A DNA stretch of 64,000 bases from Nitrospirota bacterium (GCA_963751455.1 CAVVUN010000008.1:192001-256000), one strand, 5' to 3'; counted from the stretch's first letter, positions 32,409 through 42,813 are shown. The notes: generated by a model not told the origin, from the letters alone. A program made the numbers and translations.

Positions 32409-33770
32409 TCACTCCGCCTCGAGCCCTAACTTTTTCAATTTTCTCCAGAGCGAAACCCTGTCAATACCAAGAATCTGGGCAGCAGCCGTTCTGTTGCCGC
32501 CCACCTCATTCAGCACCCACTTGATATAGGCCGTCTCCTGTTCTTCCAGAGACGGCATCCTCCCTTCTTTCTTCCTGAACGTCCTGATGTTCAGCTCCCG
32601 CAGATCCTCGGGCAAGTGGGCGAGCTCGATGGTGTTACCCGATGCCAGAGCTACGCCCCGCTCAACGATATTTTCCAGTTCCCGCACATTCCCCGGGAAG
32701 TCGTAATTCATGAGAAGGCCGATCACTTCCTGGGATATCTCGTTGACCTCCTTCTTCATCAGTACGCCGTACTTTTTCAGGAAGTAATAACAGAGAAGGG
32801 GAATATCGTCCTTCCGCTCGGAAAGAGGGGGGATCCGCAGTGAAACGACATTCAGCCGGAAGTAGAGGTCCTGCCTGAAGGTCCCTTCCCTGATGGCGTC
32901 CTGTATGTTCCTGTTTGTGGCGGCGACCAGGCGAACGTCCACCTTGAGCGGTTCAGTTCCGCCTACCCGGAGCAGTTCCCTCTCCTGGATTACCCTGAGA
33001 AGCTTTACTTGCATGGATGCGGGCATTTCCGTGATCTCGTCGAGGAACAGCGTGCCGCCTGAAGCCATTTCGATAAGCCCTTTCTTGGCTGCTACGGCTC
33101 CGGTGAAAGAACCTTTTTCGTGCCCGAAAAGCTCGCTGGACAGGAGCTCCTCGTTGAATGCACCGCAGTTAATGCCGAAAAAAGGGCCTTCCGCCCGCTT
33201 GCTGCTTATGTGAAGGTAGCGGGCAAAAAGCTCCTTGCCGGTTCCGCTCTCGCCGTTGATGATCACATTACAGTCTGTCGGCGCAATCTGGCGGGCGGTT
33301 TCGAGCAGCCTTCGTACGCCGGGGTCCTGGGTTATGATCTTTACCTTGCCGCGGTAGTGCTCTATCTGCTCTCTCAGGTTCTTGTTCTCTTTTTTGAGTG
33401 ATACCTTTCCGACCGCTTCCTTGACGACCCTCCGAACCTCGTCGAGTTTGAACGGCTTGGCAATGTAGTAAAACGCTCCGTGCTTCATTGCGTCCACTCC
33501 TGATTCGAGCGTGGCGTAGCCGGTTATCATAATGACTTCAGTATCCGGATGCAGCTCGCGGCAGCGCCGGAGGACCTCCATACCGTCAACCTTTTCCATG
33601 CGGAGGTCGGTCAGCACCACGTCGAAAGCTTGCTCATCAAGCATTTTGAGCGCATTGGGGCCGCTCTGAGTGCCGACAACCTCGTAGCCCTCCTTCTTCA
33701 TGACATGCTCAAGGTTCCTGAGCGCCACGCGCTCGTCGTCGACAATAAGTAATTTTGCGTGATTGTTCAT
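32409..33770 (-). CDS. sigma54-dependent response regulator
   Basis: REC 'VLTDLRM', 'GESGTGKE', 'GSFTGA', 'FPGNVREL', HTH. Confidence 0.92.
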   Translation of the reverse strand: MNNHAKLLIVDDERVALRNLEHVMKKEGYEVVGTQSGPNALKMLDEQAFDVVLTDLRMEKVDGMEVLRRCRELHPDTEVIMITGYATLESGVDAMKHGAFYYIAKPFKLDEVRRVVKEAVGKVSLKKENKNLREQIEHYRGKVKIITQDPGVRRLLETARQIAPTDCNVIINGESGTGKELFARYLHISSKRAEGPFFGINCGAFNEELLSSELFGHEKGSFTGAVAAKKGLIEMASGGTLFLDEITEMPASMQVKLLRVIQERELLRVGGTEPLKVDVRLVAATNRNIQDAIREGTFRQDLYFRLNVVSLRIPPLSERKDDIPLLCYYFLKKYGVLMKKEVNEISQEVIGLLMNYDFPGNVRELENIVERGVALASGNTIELAHLPEDLRELNIRTFRKKEGRMPSLEEQETAYIKWVLNEVGGNRTAAAQILGIDRVSLWRKLKKLGLEAE

Positions 33771-33860
33771 TTCACCGGACTCCTTAAAATTCAACAGAGA
33801 CATGGAAATATTATCCGCAGATTACGCAGATTCCAGAGATTAAACCAAACCCGAATTAAT

Positions 33861-34042
33861 CCTAAAAAAAGCATTTGGGACGCAGAAAAATCGGATAAAC
33901 GCAGATAAGGTCGGATAAAAAAACGTTCTTGTATCGTAAAAGCAGTCACCCTGCGGGTGAATTTTTTTCTCTAAAAATTCTAAAATTCTTTTGTTTGATC
34001 TGCGGTTATCTGCGTTCATCTGCGTCCAACTGCCGTTTTCAG
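33861..34042. mobile_element. MITE-like element, copy 2 (with an internal 8-bp duplication AAAATTCT)
   Basis: Matches 28480-28654; lies between the kinase and response regulator genes. Confidence 0.8.
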
Positions 34043-34106
34043 ATTTATGCTTTCGCAACAGCAGGGTTTGTACTCTGCGGACTGGGTCTCTCCTGACAGT
34101 CAATTA

Positions 34107-35651
34107 TCATTTCAGCGGCAGCCGGATCAAAAAGGTCGTGCCTTTGCCCGGCTCGCTGTCCACGGCTATACAGCCGTCGTGCTCCTCGATTATCTCGTGC
34201 ACGATAAAAAGGCCCAATCCGGATCCCTTGCCGACGTCCTTGGTCGTGAAGAAAGGGTCAAAAATCTTCGGGATCAGGTCCACGGGAATCCCGGCTCCAT
34301 TGTCCCGGAATTCAATATCTACCGTATCCTCTTCGAGGGAGCATTTCCCCCTGTATTTAAGATAATTATAGATGCCCATCTTGCAGTCCTCCACGTCGTC
34401 CATTGCACGCCTTTTCTCGGCCTTGATAGTTATTATCCCGTTCTTCAGGGATACGGCGTCGAGGGCGTTCTTGGTCAGGTTCAGGAACACCTGCTGTATG
34501 CGCTGCTTATCGGCTACGATCGTCAGGTCATCCGCGATTTCCAGCGTAATAGAGGTATTTGCCGGTATCTGGCCCCTTACAAACCGGATCGTTTCCTCAA
34601 ATAATGTTTTCATGTTCAGGCTTTGCTTTTTAAACTCCTTGTCGCGCGAGAATTCGAGGAGTGAGCGGACGATGTTTCTCGCGCGATCGGTTTGTTCGTT
34701 TATCTGCGACAGGAGTTCCGTCGCAAAATCGGGAAAGAGATTGTCCTTGCAGGGCGCATTTTTTTCCTCAGCTTCGTTGATCTCTTCAAGCAGAATCTGG
34801 CTCGAAGACGAGATGTTGGAAAGAGGATTATTCAGTTCATGCGCAACCCCCGAAAGGAGCGTCCCGAGAGAGGCAAGCTTCTCGGACTGCACGAGGTGCC
34901 GCTGCCTGAGTTCAAGCTCACGGAGCATTTTGTTGAACGCGTTGGTCAGCGAGGCAATCTCGCGGTCGCGTGAATCTATGCGGATACTTTCAAACCGGCC
35001 CTCAGCGATCACTTCCATGTTCTTCTCGATCAGTTTCAGCGGCTTCACAACTACCTTTGAAAGGACATGGCCGATTGCTATCACGGCGATTGAAAGGAGA
35101 AAGATGGAAAGAATAAGTATATGTTGAGAGGTGTTCAGGAGAACCTGGATGCTTCTGCGCTCTGTCTTCGATATTTTTTCAGCGATCGTGATAATGTCCT
35201 TGCCGGTGGCACGGATTCTGTTTTCAAGCATCGTACGGCGCGCGGCGTTCTCCGGCTGTTTTTTTTCCCGGTCCTTTGCCGTCAACATCGAGTACGTAAC
35301 AATGAGACTCCGGTACCTGGTGAGGCTTTCCCTGATTGTTTCTATTTGAGGCGAGGAGGAAAGCGTCATAAAACCCGTAATGTTGTTCTCGAGCAGTTCG
35401 ATGGCTTTCGCTACGTACTTTCTGTTCTCCTGGTAGTCGGATTCCTGCTGGTAGAGAAAATAGTTCTTTTCGAAGCGCCTGATCTCGAGCGTCGTATCGA
35501 AAAACTCCGTAATGGCCTCTCCAAAAATGATCTTGCGCTCAATGAACCGCAGTTCCAGAAAGGTAACGACCGAGAGACCTATCATCATGATGACGATAGC
35601 GAAATAGGCCAAAGTGATCTTATGTCTTATGCTTGGTCTGTATTTGAACAT
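34107..35651 (-). CDS. HAMP sensor histidine kinase
   Basis: 'LEIRRFEKNYFLY' sensor, HAMP, 'GVAHELNNPL', 'GSGLGL'. Confidence 0.92.
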   Translation of the reverse strand: MFKYRPSIRHKITLAYFAIVIMMIGLSVVTFLELRFIERKIIFGEAITEFFDTTLEIRRFEKNYFLYQQESDYQENRKYVAKAIELLENNITGFMTLSSSPQIETIRESLTRYRSLIVTYSMLTAKDREKKQPENAARRTMLENRIRATGKDIITIAEKISKTERRSIQVLLNTSQHILILSIFLLSIAVIAIGHVLSKVVVKPLKLIEKNMEVIAEGRFESIRIDSRDREIASLTNAFNKMLRELELRQRHLVQSEKLASLGTLLSGVAHELNNPLSNISSSSQILLEEINEAEEKNAPCKDNLFPDFATELLSQINEQTDRARNIVRSLLEFSRDKEFKKQSLNMKTLFEETIRFVRGQIPANTSITLEIADDLTIVADKQRIQQVFLNLTKNALDAVSLKNGIITIKAEKRRAMDDVEDCKMGIYNYLKYRGKCSLEEDTVDIEFRDNGAGIPVDLIPKIFDPFFTTKDVGKGSGLGLFIVHEIIEEHDGCIAVDSEPGKGTTFLIRLPLK

Positions 35652-35781
35652 GGTTTTGAACGTAAATGACGGTTACGGCAAGAGGCCCGTTTCGTTATTC
35701 GGTGCGTCGTTCGGCTTACAACGTAACCGCAGGACGGCTGACGATACGGGCATCGTTACCCGGTGCGGTCCTTTGACGTAA

Positions 35782-37809
35782 TCATATCAGCACCGCTTCC
35801 ACTACTTCATGCACTGTATCGGCAAGGCATATTTCGACGTCCTTTTTTACGGCGTCGGGCAGCTCCGCAACGTCGTCCCTGTTGCGGCCGGGAACTATTA
35901 CCTTCTTGACCCGTGCTCGCCTGGCAGCCAGAACTTTTTCCTGGATTCCACCAACCGGAATAATCCTGCCGGTCAGCGTGATTTCACCGGTCACCGCAAT
36001 GTCCCTTCTGGCGGCGCGCTTCGTCAGCAGCGATACGAGCGCAACCAGGATCGCGATCCCGGCCGACGGCCCGTCCTTCTGGATTGCTCCTGATGGGACG
36101 TGAATATGAATGTCATGGTGCTCGAAGAAGTCGTCGGCAATGCCAAAATCACGGGCATTGCTTCTGATATAGCTGAGCGCCGCCTGGGCGGACTCGCGCA
36201 TAATATCTCCGAGCGAGCCGGTCAAGATCAGCTCTTTTTTGCCCTTCATCTTCGCGGCCTCTACGAAGATGATCTCTCCGCCGCTTTCGGTTCTCACGAG
36301 ACCCGTGGCAACGCCGACCCGGTCTTTTTCCTCGATAACTTCAAAACGGTATTTGCTCCGGCCAAGGTAGCGCTCGATCGCGTTGCTCGCTATAGTTACC
36401 GTGCCGCCGGGCGCGCCGTCAAGCGACTCCCGGGCTATTTTGCGGCAAATAGTGGCGATCCTCCGCTCCAGGTTTCTGATACCCGCCTCCCTTGTATATT
36501 TCTGAATGATCGACGCGAGCCCGTCCTCGGAAAAGACTACCTGCGCCGGAGACAATCCTTTTTCCCGGACCTGCCTGGGACAGAGAAACTGCGCCGCGAT
36601 TTTGGTCTTCTCTTCCTGGGTGTAGCCCGTAAACTCGATGACCTCCATCCGGTCGCGAAGCGGCGCAGGCACCGAATCAAGCACGTTGGCCGTCAGGATA
36701 AACATGACGCTCGAAAGGTCAAAGGGAACATCGAGATAATGGTCCACGAATGCACGGTTCTGCTCGGGGTCGAGCGCTTCAAGGAGGGCTGCCGCGGGAT
36801 CCCCTTTGAAATCATGGCCTATCTTGTCCAGTTCGTCGAGCATGATCACCGGATTTGCTGATTCAACCCGTCGCATCTCCTCGATGATCCGGCCAGGTTT
36901 GGCCCCGACATACGTTCGGCGATGCCCCCGGAGGTCTGCTTCATCCTTGAGGCCTCCAAGGGCAATGCGGGTAAACTTCCTGTCAAGAGCCCGGGCAATG
37001 GACCTCCCGAGCGAAGTCTTGCCTGTTCCGGGCGGACCGGCAAAGCACAGCACCGAGCCTTTCGTGTTCGCTCGAATCGTTTTCTTCTCGAGCGCCCGCT
37101 TTACCGCGTCCCGCACCTCCTCAAGCTTGAACGGTTTGGCAATATAGTGGAAAGCGCCCTTCTGGACTGCTTCTATTGCGGACGGAACTGTCGCGTAGCC
37201 GGTGACCACAATCACCCGCGTGTCCGGCCAGCGTATCGGTATGTGCTCAATCAGTTCCATCCCATCGATCCCGCCCATTTTCAGATCGGTCAGCACGACG
37301 TCGAATTCCGAGGACTCCAGTTCCCGGAGTGCCGACTCGCCATCGGCGACAGGGACCACTTCATACCCTTCCTTTGCCAGAACATGAGTGAGGTTCTTGC
37401 GCGCAATCTCCTCGTCGTCGACCACGAGCAGCCGCGCCTTCCTGTTCATCATCAAAACCTTGACCGCAAGATGCTCCAGTACTCGCTCTTTAATCGTGTT
37501 CAAACCGAAGTGGTTTTCGTTCAAAATTCGCTCAGCCCGTATGATATCCAGCTTGTCCTGGGTCCTGGTGTTCCATGGCAGAGAGATCAGGTAATCGATA
37601 TAGGTAATGCCAATGGTATATTCCGCAGTCGATTGGCTTATCCGTGCGAGAGTGGCAAGTTCCTGTTGAGCTACCCGTTCCGCGGTTTCCGGCATTTTAG
37701 CGAGAGCGATTTTCTTACGAAGATCATCGACAATGAATTCCTCGTGGTTGTCTTCTGAGCTTTTGAAAAATTTCACCGGAAGAGTTCTCCTCTGCGAATT
37801 GCCTTTCAT
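35782..37809 (-). CDS. lon: Lon protease lacking the N-domain, with an inserted receiver domain
   Basis: 'HFGLNTIKERVLEHLAV'-[REC]-'CFAGPPGTGKTS', 'LDELDK', 'KDGPSAG', 'GGIQEK'; start ATG 37809 or GTG 37776. Confidence 0.9.
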   Translation of the reverse strand: MKGNSQRRTLPVKFFKSSEDNHEEFIVDDLRKKIALAKMPETAERVAQQELATLARISQSTAEYTIGITYIDYLISLPWNTRTQDKLDIIRAERILNENHFGLNTIKERVLEHLAVKVLMMNRKARLLVVDDEEIARKNLTHVLAKEGYEVVPVADGESALRELESSEFDVVLTDLKMGGIDGMELIEHIPIRWPDTRVIVVTGYATVPSAIEAVQKGAFHYIAKPFKLEEVRDAVKRALEKKTIRANTKGSVLCFAGPPGTGKTSLGRSIARALDRKFTRIALGGLKDEADLRGHRRTYVGAKPGRIIEEMRRVESANPVIMLDELDKIGHDFKGDPAAALLEALDPEQNRAFVDHYLDVPFDLSSVMFILTANVLDSVPAPLRDRMEVIEFTGYTQEEKTKIAAQFLCPRQVREKGLSPAQVVFSEDGLASIIQKYTREAGIRNLERRIATICRKIARESLDGAPGGTVTIASNAIERYLGRSKYRFEVIEEKDRVGVATGLVRTESGGEIIFVEAAKMKGKKELILTGSLGDIMRESAQAALSYIRSNARDFGIADDFFEHHDIHIHVPSGAIQKDGPSAGIAILVALVSLLTKRAARRDIAVTGEITLTGRIIPVGGIQEKVLAARRARVKKVIVPGRNRDDVAELPDAVKKDVEICLADTVHEVVEAVLI

Positions 37810-37899
37810 TTCTGAGCGAAGCGAAACCAGTTTATCAATAGGGACTCTAAGAGTCAAGCACCCTGATGATTCATTCTGCAGCGTCATTCTAACGAATGC

Positions 37900-37934
37900 G
37901 TTGCATATTACAACATATACCATTATTTTGCAAC
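37900..37934. promoter_or_regulatory. Tandem palindromic candidate enhancer sites
   Basis: GTTGCATATTACAAC and CATTATTTTGCAAC, about 130-170 bp upstream of the sigma54-type site. Confidence 0.4.
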
Positions 37935-38066
37935 GCTCGTAATTGTTCTTTGTAATCAACGGCTAACAGGCCTTCTTGCCTTTGCTATTGCATTATAAAA
38001 CGGAACCATACCGAACCCCGGTTTAAATAATACCATTATTTCAGCTAGTTATGTGGAATTTCACAT

Positions 38067-38082
38067 TGGCACGCAAGTTGAA
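38067..38082 (+). promoter_or_regulatory. sigma54-type promoter (variant -12)
   Basis: TGGCACGCAAGTTGAA. Confidence 0.6.
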
Positions 38083-38119
38083 GTAGCAACAGTATCAAGC
38101 AGAAAGGAGGAAACAGGCT

Positions 38120-38290
38120 ATGAAGACCTTACTGAGGAAGTTCGAAAAAATGATGGCTGCAGCTGCCTTCGCAGAAGAAGGTTTGTTCGATGCTGCAAGG
38201 CAGATCATGAACGAAGACCGGATCAGGAAGAGCGACAGGCCCTCGGACCATTTAAGGCCGACCGCCAGGAAACAGATGCGTGCCGATTAA
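38120..38290 (+). CDS. 56-aa FAE-motif protein (MKTLLRKFEKMMAAAAFAEEGLFDAARQIMNEDR...)
   Basis: AAGGAGG RBS; motif shared with three other ORFs; absent from the ORF track. Confidence 0.8.
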   Translation: MKTLLRKFEKMMAAAAFAEEGLFDAARQIMNEDRIRKSDRPSDHLRPTARKQMRAD

Positions 38291-38329
38291 CGGCGGCCAT
38301 CTCTCTGATTGGAAATGCGGGTGAATCTC

Positions 38330-38833
38330 ATGGAAACAGGCAAGCTCAGGAAAATGATAAAAAAAGTTGAAGACATGCTCGCTGCCGTTTCATTTGCGGA
38401 AGAAGGAGAGAGCGAAACGGCCCGGTCCCTGATGAAGGACGGGCGGAGAGTACTCCTGGCGCTCAAGCAGGGACGGATCGATCCCGCGACCGTAAAGTAC
38501 GCAGTAAACACATCAAAAAGGATCCGGGCCGAACTCGACATTCTGTACATAGGTTCGCAGGAAAAGAGCGAGGTTGAGGACCCCGGTTTGGTGGAACTCC
38601 GGTCTGCTCTTTCATGCGAGGGCATTAAATACCGGCTCATACGAAAAACGGGCTGCCTGAAAAAGGCGGTCATAGACTACACGAACACTGAAAAAGAAAT
38701 CCTGTTCGCTGTGGTGGAGTCGGTGAACAGCGTGGACGCGGATTGCAGCACGAAGGAAGAAGCCAGGATTTCCGAATTGTGGCAGAAGCTCAAATGCCCG
38801 CTCGTGGTGGTGATGGATGAGGCAGGAGCATAA
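38330..38833 (+). CDS. FAE-motif + degenerate USP-like protein
   Basis: 'VEDMLAAVSFAEEGESETARSLM' then 'RRVLLAL..LKCPLVVV'. Confidence 0.75.
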   Translation: METGKLRKMIKKVEDMLAAVSFAEEGESETARSLMKDGRRVLLALKQGRIDPATVKYAVNTSKRIRAELDILYIGSQEKSEVEDPGLVELRSALSCEGIKYRLIRKTGCLKKAVIDYTNTEKEILFAVVESVNSVDADCSTKEEARISELWQKLKCPLVVVMDEAGA

Positions 38834-38896
38834 CTATAGTGCGAATTTCAAATGGCAAATTGTAAATTAAAAATTGTCTGAAGAGGAGGAAGTATC

Positions 38897-39145
38897 ATGG
38901 CAAGCATTGCAAAGAAAAAGCCGGTCGGCGCGATGATCGTTATGGGCATCATTTCCATAGCGCTTTACGCAGCCCTCCTGCTGAAGCAGGACCAGATAAA
39001 CAGCATTTTCGGAAAGGGCGGATGGTATGCTTTTTTGCCCATTATAACAGCTTTTGTTTTCTCTTATTTTCACGGGGGTTTCACGGGTCATTTTTGGACT
39101 GTACTCGGGGTTGAGGCCGCCAGGAAAAAAAAGGAGGTAAAATAA
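38897..39145 (+). CDS. Small membrane protein associated with TauE
   Basis: Two hydrophobic helices, 'FSYFHGGFTGHFWTVLG'; GAGGAGG RBS. Confidence 0.8.
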   Translation: MASIAKKKPVGAMIVMGIISIALYAALLLKQDQINSIFGKGGWYAFLPIITAFVFSYFHGGFTGHFWTVLGVEAARKKKEVK

Positions 39146-39146
39146 G

Positions 39147-40226
39147 ATGCAGGACATCATGAGCAACTTCATCAATCTTGATGCTATTACCATTCTGTAC
39201 CTGTTCGGCGTCGGATTCGTCGGCGGGCTCGTCAGCGGTTTCATCGGTTCCGGAGGAGCATTCGTTCTTACGCCCGGTATGATGAGCCTCGGTGTTCCCG
39301 GACTGGTTGCCGTTGCAAGCAACATGTGCCACAAGTTCCCGAAGGCGCTGGTCGGCTCGATCAAGCGGGCCAAGTACGGCCAGGTTGACGTGAAAATGGG
39401 CATCGTCCTCGGGATCTCGGCTGAAGCGGGCGTGCTGTACGGCGCGCATATCCAGGAGAAGATCAAAGCCGCTTTCGGCGACGCCGGTTCCAACCTGTAT
39501 GTGAGCGTGGCCTTTGTCGTTATCCTTGCGTTGGTCGGAGGGTTCGTCCTGCGCGATGCCTGGAAAACCTACAAGGCGGGCAACTCCAATGAAGAAGAAA
39601 AAGCAGGCAAGCTGGCCCGCTGGGTCCAGTCCGTCAATATTCCCGGCACCATGGTCTTCTTCAAATGTTTGAATGCCAGGATCTCCGTGCTCTTCACGAT
39701 ACCGCTCGGGTTCGCAACGGGCATGCTGGCAGCCACAATCGCGGTCGGCGGCTTCATCGGAGTTCCGGCCATGATCTATGTCCTCGGCGCGCCCAGTCTC
39801 ATGGCCTCGGCCACGGAGCTGGTAATTGCCTTTGTCATGGGACTCGGCGGTTCCTTCAAATACGCGATGTCCGGCCTGGTCGACATTCGTCTTGCCATGA
39901 TCATCCTTGCCGGTTCGCTTTTCGGTATCCAGCTCGGCGCGATCGGCACCACCTATGTCAAACCTTTCATGATCAAGGTGGTGATGGGCGCGATAATGGT
40001 CATCGTGCTTTTCAGCCGCGGCCTGATGGTCCCGGTCTATCTCTCGCAGCTCGGTCTTATTGAAACACTTGGCGAAGGTACGGTAAAAGCGCTGAAGACC
40101 GTCAGCTTTGCCATCATGATCTTCGCATTGCTTATGGGTGCGTTCATTGTCCTGCGTGCAATGTGGCAGGGCCGCCAGGCGGAGAAATTGCAGCTGGCTA
40201 CGGAAGCCGCGCACGGGAAAGCATAG
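39147..40226 (+). CDS. TauE/SafE (TSUP) family sulfite/sulfoacetate exporter-like transporter
   Basis: 'GLVSGFIGSGGAFVLTPG', second repeat 'ATIAVGGFIGVPAM'. Confidence 0.88.
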   Translation: MQDIMSNFINLDAITILYLFGVGFVGGLVSGFIGSGGAFVLTPGMMSLGVPGLVAVASNMCHKFPKALVGSIKRAKYGQVDVKMGIVLGISAEAGVLYGAHIQEKIKAAFGDAGSNLYVSVAFVVILALVGGFVLRDAWKTYKAGNSNEEEKAGKLARWVQSVNIPGTMVFFKCLNARISVLFTIPLGFATGMLAATIAVGGFIGVPAMIYVLGAPSLMASATELVIAFVMGLGGSFKYAMSGLVDIRLAMIILAGSLFGIQLGAIGTTYVKPFMIKVVMGAIMVIVLFSRGLMVPVYLSQLGLIETLGEGTVKALKTVSFAIMIFALLMGAFIVLRAMWQGRQAEKLQLATEAAHGKA

Positions 40227-40260
40227 AGTATCCTTGTAAAACAACCGACGCTTCGGAATC

Positions 40261-40300
40261 AAGCCGGAACGCGCTCTTACAGAGCGTTCCGGCTTTTTTT
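40261..40300 (+). terminator. Intrinsic terminator
   Basis: AGCCGGAACGC..GCGTTCCGGCT followed by a T-run. Confidence 0.8.
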
Positions 40301-40739
40301 GCTATGGATGAGAAGGCGGTCCAACCGTGACCGTAAATCCAGCAATTCTATCTCGTTTGCATCTTCTGCTGAAACCCGGCCTTCCAACACAGTTGATCCG
40401 CAGATTACAAATTTTAAATGCTGAAGCCGTTGTGTTCACTCAGAAGGCGAAATAGTCAATTCTATCTTCTCCACCCGGCCCATGCGGGCATTCCAGTATT
40501 GTCCCTCAGGACCAGGACGTTCGCACTGACATTGTCACCTGCTTGCCGCATCCCGCCTCTATTCCTCACACTCCGCGGTCTTCGCTCCGGTTGTTAATCG
40601 AACCGCAAGGCGCTTCTGATAGCTGCTTCGGCGCCCGTAAAATCAACGCGGCTGTGGTAACAAATAACGTGAAAGGCTTTCAGCCTTTACTCCATTTCGC
40701 TCACTACGTCCCGGAAATGTTTCCGGTCGGCGGGAATTC

Positions 40740-41162
40740 TTATTCGGGGTAGACCATGAGGCCGAGACTTCTGAAGTCATTGTCAAAGGACAGACAGGGA
40801 AGGTTATCGAGAAGATTTGTAATTATCACGAAAGAGAGGGCATCACAGTAAGAAAGCTTTTTATCTTTCGACAGCTTTATGAAGATTTGTTCCGCGGCTG
40901 ATCGGACTGAATCGTCATACCGTACGATAGCAAGAGACGGTTTTATTATGTCCAGGAACTGAACCGCGGTCTTGTAGCCGGCCCGATAGCGAAGAAGCGT
41001 GACGGTTTCGCTGACAATGTCCCACGTCGTATACATCGTCGCCTTTTCTTCCACGCAACGGGCGAGGACGTCCCCTGCCCTGTCGTAGTTCGAGTCGCCG
41101 GGATAGAGCGAAGCGAAAAAGAATGACGTGTCGCAAAAAGCGGCGTTCCGTGGAAAGATCAC
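40740..41162 (-). CDS. vapC: PIN-domain (VapC-like) toxin
   Basis: 'FCDTSFF', 'VSET', 'SYCDALS', 'LSFDNDF'. Confidence 0.85.
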   Translation of the reverse strand: MIFPRNAAFCDTSFFFASLYPGDSNYDRAGDVLARCVEEKATMYTTWDIVSETVTLLRYRAGYKTAVQFLDIIKPSLAIVRYDDSVRSAAEQIFIKLSKDKKLSYCDALSFVIITNLLDNLPCLSFDNDFRSLGLMVYPE

Positions 41163-41428
41163 GATCGGTCCTCGGCAGCGTACAGGTGGTCCTTGATATT
41201 TTCCGAGATCGGATATTTTTTAACTTTGCCCTTTGGCGCGGTCCGCTTCCGTAATGCAAGAAGTTTCTTCGCGGCTTCTCCCGGTTTCACCCGGGGAGAC
41301 GTTTTGATTTCCGCAACGACTTCATCGTGCACGGTCACCTGATACACTGTATCGGGCGACTCTCTCAGCTTTTTTATGATGCCCGGCAATCGTTTTCGCG
41401 CTTCAGATATCGATATGGTTGTTTTCAC
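41159..41428 (-). CDS. Phd/YefM-like antitoxin
   Basis: 'TISISEARKRLPGII..VT'; overlaps the toxin start; upstream TGTACA-N3-TGTACA at 41454-41468. Confidence 0.8.
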   Translation of the reverse strand: MKTTISISEARKRLPGIIKKLRESPDTVYQVTVHDEVVAEIKTSPRVKPGEAAKKLLALRKRTAPKGKVKKYPISENIKDHLYAAEDRS

Positions 41429-41627
41429 GAGAAAACTCCTTGGTGAATCAAATTGTACAAATTGTACATATTTTACCACCGAGTTGCTCAATTGTCATCA
41501 GGAATTAATCCGGCCTCTTCTTCAACGTCTCCTGAAGTTTTGAGAAATTAAATTGACTTGACGAATTACTTAACGTATACTTTACGAACAGAAAGGACTC
41601 GTAACAGAATGGAGTTGTGTACACGTC

Positions 41628-42638
41628 ATGGGGTACTTGCCGAAATACAGGATTACTCCGCGTTTAGCGGGACTGCTTGAGAAGATCGCCGAGCTGCGGA
41701 CCAGGATAGAAGTTTCTCCCCTGTCGGTCGAGTGGAGGCCTCGTCTCGAGCGGGACGCATTTACGCGGCTTGCTCACACTTCGACGGCAATTGAAGGCAA
41801 TCCCTTAACGCTGAGAGACGTGGAAATCCTTGCGCAGGGAGGCGACCTCCCGATGGTCCAGCGTCGCTTTAAGAACGAGGTTCTGAACTATCTTGCCGCA
41901 CTCCGGTATATTACCGATCATTCCGGGAAGCGACTGCTGACCGTGAAGGACGTTCTTACGCTGCACAAGATAGTGGGCAGAGATGCGCTCGAACGGGAAC
42001 CGATTGGCGCGTTTCGAGACTATCAGGTGGTCATCCGGCAGCACAAACCGCCTAAGCATCAGGACGTCGCCCGCCTGGTCACCGAGCTTATGGATTGGCT
42101 TAATACGAAAGCCCCTGATCTCCCGGCTGTCATATCTTCGGCAATCCTGCATTACCAGTTTGAGTATATTCATCCGTTCGGTGACGGGAACGGAAGGGTC
42201 GGCAGGCTTCTTTCCACGTGGGAACTCTACCGCAGGAAGATCGACACGTATCACATCTTCTCGATAGACGAGGTTTACTGGGAAAATCGTGAGAATTACT
42301 TCACCGCACTCCGGTCAGTTCAGGAGGCCGGTCGCGACCTCACTGCGTGGATCGAATTTGTCGCACATGCCGTTGCAGTTTCACTGGACCAGGCATGGAG
42401 AAGAGTTGAGGTAATCCGGAGTCAAAGAACCGAAAGCCGGGAGCCGCTGATTCTGACGCCGAAACAGGAAAGGCTGCTTATCCTCCTACGACAATCTCCA
42501 CTCGGCATCAATGATATCATGAAGGAACTTCGCGTTACAACGAGAGCAGGCGCACACCATATCATTAAGCCGCTTATCCAGCACAAACTCGTCGTGCGAA
42601 AAGGCGGCCATAAAACAGGAAAATACGTTGTCGCATAG
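41628..42638 (+). CDS. Fic family protein (class II) with C-terminal HTH
   Basis: 'HPFGDGNGRVGR'; N-terminal inhibitory 'STAIEGN'. Confidence 0.9.
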   Translation: MGYLPKYRITPRLAGLLEKIAELRTRIEVSPLSVEWRPRLERDAFTRLAHTSTAIEGNPLTLRDVEILAQGGDLPMVQRRFKNEVLNYLAALRYITDHSGKRLLTVKDVLTLHKIVGRDALEREPIGAFRDYQVVIRQHKPPKHQDVARLVTELMDWLNTKAPDLPAVISSAILHYQFEYIHPFGDGNGRVGRLLSTWELYRRKIDTYHIFSIDEVYWENRENYFTALRSVQEAGRDLTAWIEFVAHAVAVSLDQAWRRVEVIRSQRTESREPLILTPKQERLLILLRQSPLGINDIMKELRVTTRAGAHHIIKPLIQHKLVVRKGGHKTGKYVVA

Positions 42639-42813
42639 GGTTGTCAGGAAGGCAGGGGAGCGATGTGGGGGGCAATTCTTTGATGTTGAACGATGTGAAT
42701 AAATGAAATTTGACTATTTTTAGACATAATGCAAATGATAAGTCCAAGAGTATAGACCTGACCCGAGGACCCCGCAGCGGAATGGGTGCCTGAATTGGCG
42801 CGGGAATACTCAG

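Noticed and set aside
39081-40262. Long antisense ORFs (this one, 1506-2627, 55803-56699, 36922-37758 and others)
   Set aside because: Shadows of well-supported genes on the opposite strand.
40460-40550. Minus-strand fragment '..VLVLRDNTGMPAWAGWRR'
   Set aside because: It looks like a gene 3' remnant but is too short to assign.
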